From: an uncultured virus (IMG/VR IMGVR_UViG_3300008113_000043)
Lineage: Duplodnaviria > Heunggongvirae > Uroviricota > Caudoviricetes
Length of the DNA: 64,000 nt
Reading direction: 5' to 3' (one strand)
Virus record (IMG/VR): IMGVR_UViG_3300008113_000043
The notes below the pieces were generated by a model. The model was not told the DNA's origin and made no database searches. It saw nothing but the letters and a program-made list of their open reading frames with translations. Below are positions 60,011-64,000 of the stretch, piece after piece. The position numbers and the translations under genes were made by a program. Each line of letters begins with the position of its first letter. The stretch's first letter is position 1.

Positions 60011-61249
60011 TCATCTTCTTTTTTCGTAAACGTAAACTTTTTTGTCTCTATCTGGAAAATAATCTTTCTGTTCACCTATTCTATTTAAGTCACTTGTAAT
60101 GCAATGTAATCCACCATCCCAAAAATATCTGTGCCTAAAATTAATTATATGTGGTGTTATACCATGCCTTTCAAAAGCATCAAAAACATTTTTATTATAA
60201 CCATTACAAACTGCATTATGCTCATCTATAACTAAAATATTTACATCAAATACAGTTTCCTCGACATAGTAAACCCAATCATTTAACCAACTTTCAACAA
60301 AATCTGTAAAATCATCATTTAATTCTTCACCTGGAACCCACCATTTTCCTTTATTTTTCTCTTTTAACTTTAAAAAACCATCTACTTTCTGCCAACTTTC
60401 TCCTGGTAAAAATACGGTTTCCCATCCAGGAAAAGTTTGACTATGTATATTTAAACCATTAAGACTTAAAATTAATCCTGGTTTTACTGGACAGAATGAT
60501 GCATCTGTATGTCCAGATACTTCTCTTACGATATGATTTCTGTATTCACTAAAATATTTTTTAATATTTCTAGATGTCATTACTAAATTGCTTTTTTCAT
60601 GAACACTGCCATGTATTAAATCTTTACCAATTCTTGTAGTAACTGCAGTGTTTACTGAATTATCTAATATTACCTCATTACCACAATTACGAACATACTC
60701 TTTTACTGTTTTATATGAATCAAATTTTGGATTTGATGATGGGTGTGCCAGCGAAGATACTTTAAGAGTATTATAAAAGTCTAGTAAAAATACTTTTATT
60801 TCTTCTTTAGACATATTATTATTAATTTGATTTTCAGTGAAACCAAAATCAACAATAAGGTCTACAAAATCAGATCCACTAAATGTATTAGTATCCAATA
60901 AACGCTCAAATGTTTTCATTAATTTTCCAAATGATTCATCTGGAGCAAAAAATCTAGTACCAAACATGCCAGTATAATCTCTTGGGCACATTGGTGGTGG
61001 ATAATATTTTTCTGATCTCTCATCCAGATAAAGATCGAAATCATCTGATACATCAGTTCTTATAATTTCTACACCAAATTTTTCTAGTAGAGTAATTAAT
61101 TTTTGATAATCCTCTTCAGTTTCTATTGCAATTCGTTCCATTACAGAACGAACCTTAGAATTTTTAATAAAACTGTAGAATTCTGGTGGATAACTTCTTC
61201 CAACCAAGCAAACTTTTAATGGATCCCAATGTTGATAGACTGATAACAT
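60011..61249 (-). CDS. Amidinotransferase family protein (glycine / inosamine-phosphate amidinotransferase-like)
   Basis: WDPLKVCLVG N-terminus, CPRD, GHTD, and DGGLHCITSDL with the catalytic Cys. Confidence 0.88.
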   Translation of the reverse strand: MLSVYQHWDPLKVCLVGRSYPPEFYSFIKNSKVRSVMERIAIETEEDYQKLITLLEKFGVEIIRTDVSDDFDLYLDERSEKYYPPPMCPRDYTGMFGTRFFAPDESFGKLMKTFERLLDTNTFSGSDFVDLIVDFGFTENQINNNMSKEEIKVFLLDFYNTLKVSSLAHPSSNPKFDSYKTVKEYVRNCGNEVILDNSVNTAVTTRIGKDLIHGSVHEKSNLVMTSRNIKKYFSEYRNHIVREVSGHTDASFCPVKPGLILSLNGLNIHSQTFPGWETVFLPGESWQKVDGFLKLKEKNKGKWWVPGEELNDDFTDFVESWLNDWVYYVEETVFDVNILVIDEHNAVCNGYNKNVFDAFERHGITPHIINFRHRYFWDGGLHCITSDLNRIGEQKDYFPDRDKKVYVYEKRR

Positions 61250-61250
61250 A

Positions 61251-61703
61251 TTATTTTTTAAGTAAATGATAATCTTCTTGCAGTATTTCTTTCAAATAAT
61301 CATCATCCCAATACTTATAATAGTCTGTCCCTAATAATTTTTGTCTAAATTTTGCTAATTTTTCTTTTGGTTGACATAAAATTAAGTTAAATCGACCATT
61401 ATTTGTTTGAACACCACTAATATATGTATTTTTATCAGCAGTATCTTCAAAAAATTTATATTCTGGATATTCATTATTATAAAAAGAAACCCATTTTTGA
61501 ATTTTTTCTAGTTCTAAGTCTTTCTCTACTATAAAAATAGCGACATCATACCCAGGAGCAGGTACAATATCGCTAGCAGAACACTCTTTTATGTAAGTTT
61601 TAGACTTAGAAGCAAATGGGCAAACTGAAAAATTACCTAGTTCAGGTCTTTTTTTAGATACATTACGGATCCAATGTTTGATATATGCTTCTTTTGTCCA
61701 CAT
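61251..61703 (-). CDS. Hypothetical protein with a CPFA motif
   Basis: WIRNV...LGNFSVCPFA; 1 nt from the next gene. Confidence 0.8.
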   Translation of the reverse strand: MWTKEAYIKHWIRNVSKKRPELGNFSVCPFASKSKTYIKECSASDIVPAPGYDVAIFIVEKDLELEKIQKWVSFYNNEYPEYKFFEDTADKNTYISGVQTNNGRFNLILCQPKEKLAKFRQKLLGTDYYKYWDDDYLKEILQEDYHLLKK

Positions 61704-61709
61704 AAATGA

Positions 61710-61865
61710 TTAACCTTTTCCTTGTCCTCGATAGGGCTTGCGAGCACCATTACGAGACGAAGCGGCGTACTTAGTTCCATTACCCTGTCCTTGTCGAGAC
61801 TTTTTCGGAGGTCCAGGAATATAAGATTTTGCCTTATAAGAACCAGTAGAAGATTTAGCGGCCAT
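61710..61865 (-). CDS. Small, very basic protein (51 aa, ...RKPYRGQGKG); not in the ORF track
   Basis: Hand-translated; GGAGG RBS upstream; TGATG coupling with the upstream ORF. Confidence 0.8.
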   Translation of the reverse strand: MAAKSSTGSYKAKSYIPGPPKKSRQGQGNGTKYAASSRNGARKPYRGQGKG

Positions 61866-62017
61866 CAGTCAATTTCCTCCATTTGAATATCATTAGGGTT
61901 AATTTTTTCATTTTCATAGAACTTTAAAGCAAGTTCATGAAGGGCATCTGCAGTTTGATCATAAGTTAAATTCTCAAAAACCCTCTGCCCCTTATATAAA
62001 ACATTAAAACGTTTCAT
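61865..62017 (-). CDS. Small hypothetical protein (50 aa, MKRFNVLYKGQRVFENLT...); not in the ORF track
   Basis: Hand-translated; TGATG overlaps at both ends. Confidence 0.75.
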   Translation of the reverse strand: MKRFNVLYKGQRVFENLTYDQTADALHELALKFYENEKINPNDIQMEEID

Positions 62018-62784
62018 CAGATTACGCGAGTTTTCTCGTGACCAACTCTAATGCGTGGATCGCACCAAGTTTCCATACCTGCTTCTTTTGCATCGAGACA
62101 GAACGAAACGTCTTCTCCACACATATCTTGAACGTTACCAGATTCAAAGACTTGCATCTTAGGAGCGAACCAGGGGTATTCAAGACGCTCAAAGACACCC
62201 TTACGGATCATTACCCAACCAAATCCCGTGTAATCCACGGTAAAGGGTTTACGACGCTTAGAGATGCTCTCCACAGTTTCGTGATTCATTACACCACCAT
62301 TACGGCGGAAATCTTCTTCATCTAACCAGTGAGCAACTGAAGTGGTGTGTCCATCTTCGGTTGCATACCATCCGCAAGCGATTTCTTTTTCGTCTCCTTC
62401 TGCTGGAACTGCAAGATCACACAGTTGCCAGAACTTTTCTGAGTTGAATACAATGTCATTATCAATCCAGAGTTGATAATCATATTGCAGTTTTCCATCC
62501 CAAGGTACTTGATTAGGACCACGGAGAACATTTGCACCTAAACACTTACAACGTGCAAAGTTAACCATGGATGAATAGTCTTGGGAGATCTGAATACTCA
62601 TCTGATTTTGTACCATGTCAAAGCATAATTGTACAAAACTCTTTAGGAATGCATAAGAGCACCCACGACCAGGTAAGCAGAATACAATCGACTTACCACG
62701 CATTCTTTCTTTAATTGCTTCATAATCCCACTCCTCTGCTGGTTTCGTTGGAGCAGTGGCTTTAACAGTAAATCCTTTTGCCAT
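62017..62784 (-). CDS. Glycosyltransferase-like protein (GT-A fold)
   Basis: YQLWIDNDIVF (DxD), GFGWVMI, GEDVSFC, VGHEK. Confidence 0.78.
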   Translation of the reverse strand: MAKGFTVKATAPTKPAEEWDYEAIKERMRGKSIVFCLPGRGCSYAFLKSFVQLCFDMVQNQMSIQISQDYSSMVNFARCKCLGANVLRGPNQVPWDGKLQYDYQLWIDNDIVFNSEKFWQLCDLAVPAEGDEKEIACGWYATEDGHTTSVAHWLDEEDFRRNGGVMNHETVESISKRRKPFTVDYTGFGWVMIRKGVFERLEYPWFAPKMQVFESGNVQDMCGEDVSFCLDAKEAGMETWCDPRIRVGHEKTRVI

Positions 62785-62833
62785 AAGTTGAAATAACCTT
62801 CAATGTCAATTTTATCGTTCTATTTAGCGTTTG

Positions 62834-63001
62834 TCAATAGGAGGAATTCTGAGAAATTTCGGGGTTTTGTTCCAATTCCTCATACTCATATCCTTCTTTT
62901 TCTCCAGTGAGATGGTTCCACTTCACTCTGAATTCTTCCTCAGATAAACATGGAGATACACACTGATTCTTCTTATCATAAATGTGATAAATTTTTTCCA
63001 T
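62834..63001 (-). CDS. Small hypothetical protein (MEKIYHIYDK...)
   Basis: ORF track; more likely ATG at 63001-62999. Confidence 0.65.
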   Translation of the reverse strand: MEKIYHIYDKKNQCVSPCLSEEEFRVKWNHLTGEKEGYEYEELEQNPEISQNSSY

Positions 63002-63008
63002 ATTAGTA

Positions 63009-63167
63009 TCATCTACTACTAACAACATTATATAGCATTGCTAGTGCAAAACCAATAGGCAGGAAAACCACCTTCGGATAACGGATAACCCAACCTGCAA
63101 GAATCACACGCCAAAAATTCCAATAAGGTTTTGGACGACCCTTATAACCATATACAGAGGCGTTCAT
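63009..63167 (-). CDS. Small hydrophobic, putative membrane protein
   Basis: YWNFWRVILAGWVIRYPKVVFLPIGFALAMLY; likely ATG at 63167-63165. Confidence 0.6.
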   Translation of the reverse strand: MNASVYGYKGRPKPYWNFWRVILAGWVIRYPKVVFLPIGFALAMLYNVVSSR

Positions 63168-63311
63168 AGATGATCTCAAAAACTTTCTCATAACCATTTA
63201 AAAATAAAATCTTGGCAGTTTCTCGGAGGCATATCCAGATGTAGTATACCTCATCTATGGGAGTTATGGTAGTCCCATAGAGGTTATAATAAACATTGGA
63301 AAGACTTGGAA

Positions 63312-63338
63312 ACCTTAGCGACCTTAGCGACCTTATGG
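63312..63338. repeat. 9-bp direct repeat ACCTTAGCG x2 plus a third degenerate copy
   Basis: ACCTTAGCG ACCTTAGCG ACCTTATGG. Confidence 0.8.
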
Positions 63339-63506
63339 GGCATTTTTTTTCCTGGGAAATTTTTTTTATGAACATGAAATAACACACGCGAATTGTCACC
63401 TCTGTAGGTTAGGGTAGTTAGGCATTTTAGCTAAGGGGGGCATCACGCCCGCCGCCATCACGATACCGTTATACCGCATAACTGTCAAATCGCCACGCAC
63501 GAATAG

Positions 63507-63535
63507 GGGTGCTAAGTATAAAGAACTCAGCACCC
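63507..63535 (-). terminator. Stem-loop after the early-type genes, terminator-like
   Basis: Minus strand GGGTGCTGAGT-TCTTTAT-ACTTAGCACCC, 11-bp stem with one G-U pair; weak U-tract. Confidence 0.55.
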
Positions 63536-63547
63536 GCTAAGTGTTAA

Positions 63548-63718
63548 TCAGGGCAGACAACCGTTGGCGTCAAGTATACCAATGCTCAGGACATTATTAT
63601 ACAAACCAGCATAAAGTCTGCCGATTGCTAACCCGAACTGCTCATCATCTTTGCCTGCCTTTGTATCAACGCCAAAGTAGAAGATGGCGGCGAATTGTTG
63701 AGGAGTAGCGAAGCGCAT
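63548..63718 (-). CDS. Small early-type hypothetical protein (56 aa, MRFATPQQFAAIFYFGVD...); not in the ORF track
   Basis: Hand-translated ATG..TGA, flanked by hairpins. Confidence 0.7.
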   Translation of the reverse strand: MRFATPQQFAAIFYFGVDTKAGKDDEQFGLAIGRLYAGLYNNVLSIGILDANGCLP

Positions 63719-63744
63719 TGTGGTGATGATAATGTTAACGAAGG

Positions 63745-63762
63745 GGGGGCATTTCTGCCCCC
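63745..63762 (-). terminator. GC-rich hairpin with a GAAA tetraloop between two small genes
   Basis: Minus strand GGGGGCA-GAAA-TGCCCCC. Confidence 0.6.
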
Positions 63763-63769
63763 GTTAAGT

Positions 63770-63913
63770 TTACTCTTCAGGACCGAATGCACACTCTAGA
63801 GAGTACATTTCCAGTTCCTGATCATCATCATAGAATGATGCCCAATCCTCATCGGTGGGGATGTAAACCAGATCTTCAACCTGAGGGTCACAAACGAAAG
63901 GATCGAAAGTCAT
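63770..63913 (-). CDS. Small, extremely acidic protein (47 aa); not in the ORF track
   Basis: MTFDPFVCDPQVEDLVYIPTDEDWASFYDDDQELEMYSLECAFGPEE. Confidence 0.7.
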   Translation of the reverse strand: MTFDPFVCDPQVEDLVYIPTDEDWASFYDDDQELEMYSLECAFGPEE

Positions 63914-64000
63914 GATCTCGTGGGGTTGTGCGGGTGTGTCCCGCTTGAAAGTATCCTACAGGGTAGGGGCACCCTAGAGCGCCCCCTGTAACAATCCTTC

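Noticed and set aside
60010..60075. ORF-track N-terminal extension of the SGNH-like gene
   Set aside because: Overlaps the amidinotransferase C-terminus; ATG at 60009 right after the stop is more plausible
63142..63399. 85-aa minus-strand ORF
   Set aside because: Its 5' half runs through homopolymers and direct repeats of the putative cis element; a shorter 3' part might code, but no convincing start was found
1..64000. tRNA or rRNA genes, and stop-codon reassignment
   Set aside because: No cloverleaf or rRNA-like sequence noticed; long intact ORFs under the standard code end in TAA, TGA and TAG

Overview
A 64-kb segment of a large T4-like myovirus, most likely a cyanophage. That call rests on the cyanomyovirus-type gene order and on NATAAATA late promoters. 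All credible genes are on the minus strand. In transcription order (right to left) the window holds: a GC-richer block of tiny early-type genes with hairpins; a structured non-coding boundary (~63300-63540); a small enzyme cluster (glycosyltransferase-like, amidinotransferase, SGNH hydrolase-like); baseplate gp25-gp6-gp7-gp8 and a VrlC/DUF4815-like protein; neck gp13-gp14, gp15 and small terminase gp16; a ~23.6-kb insert of giant repeat-rich fibre genes and head-protein-like genes; then gp17, gp18, gp19, gp20 and downstream small genes. Top observation: the 3125-aa fibre carries three nested domains resembling phycobiliprotein subunits, each keeping a CxRD motif and a second Cys at the positions where bilins attach, which suggests a possibly pigmented or light-responsive virion fibre. 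Other highlights: an A_AAA_AAG -1 frameshift site that would fuse two ORFs, a portal gene apparently missing its C-terminal part, an unannotated NblA-like ORF, matching terminal motifs among the fibre proteins, and a candidate virion glycan-modification cluster. All family calls come from motif recognition by eye; no database searches were run.
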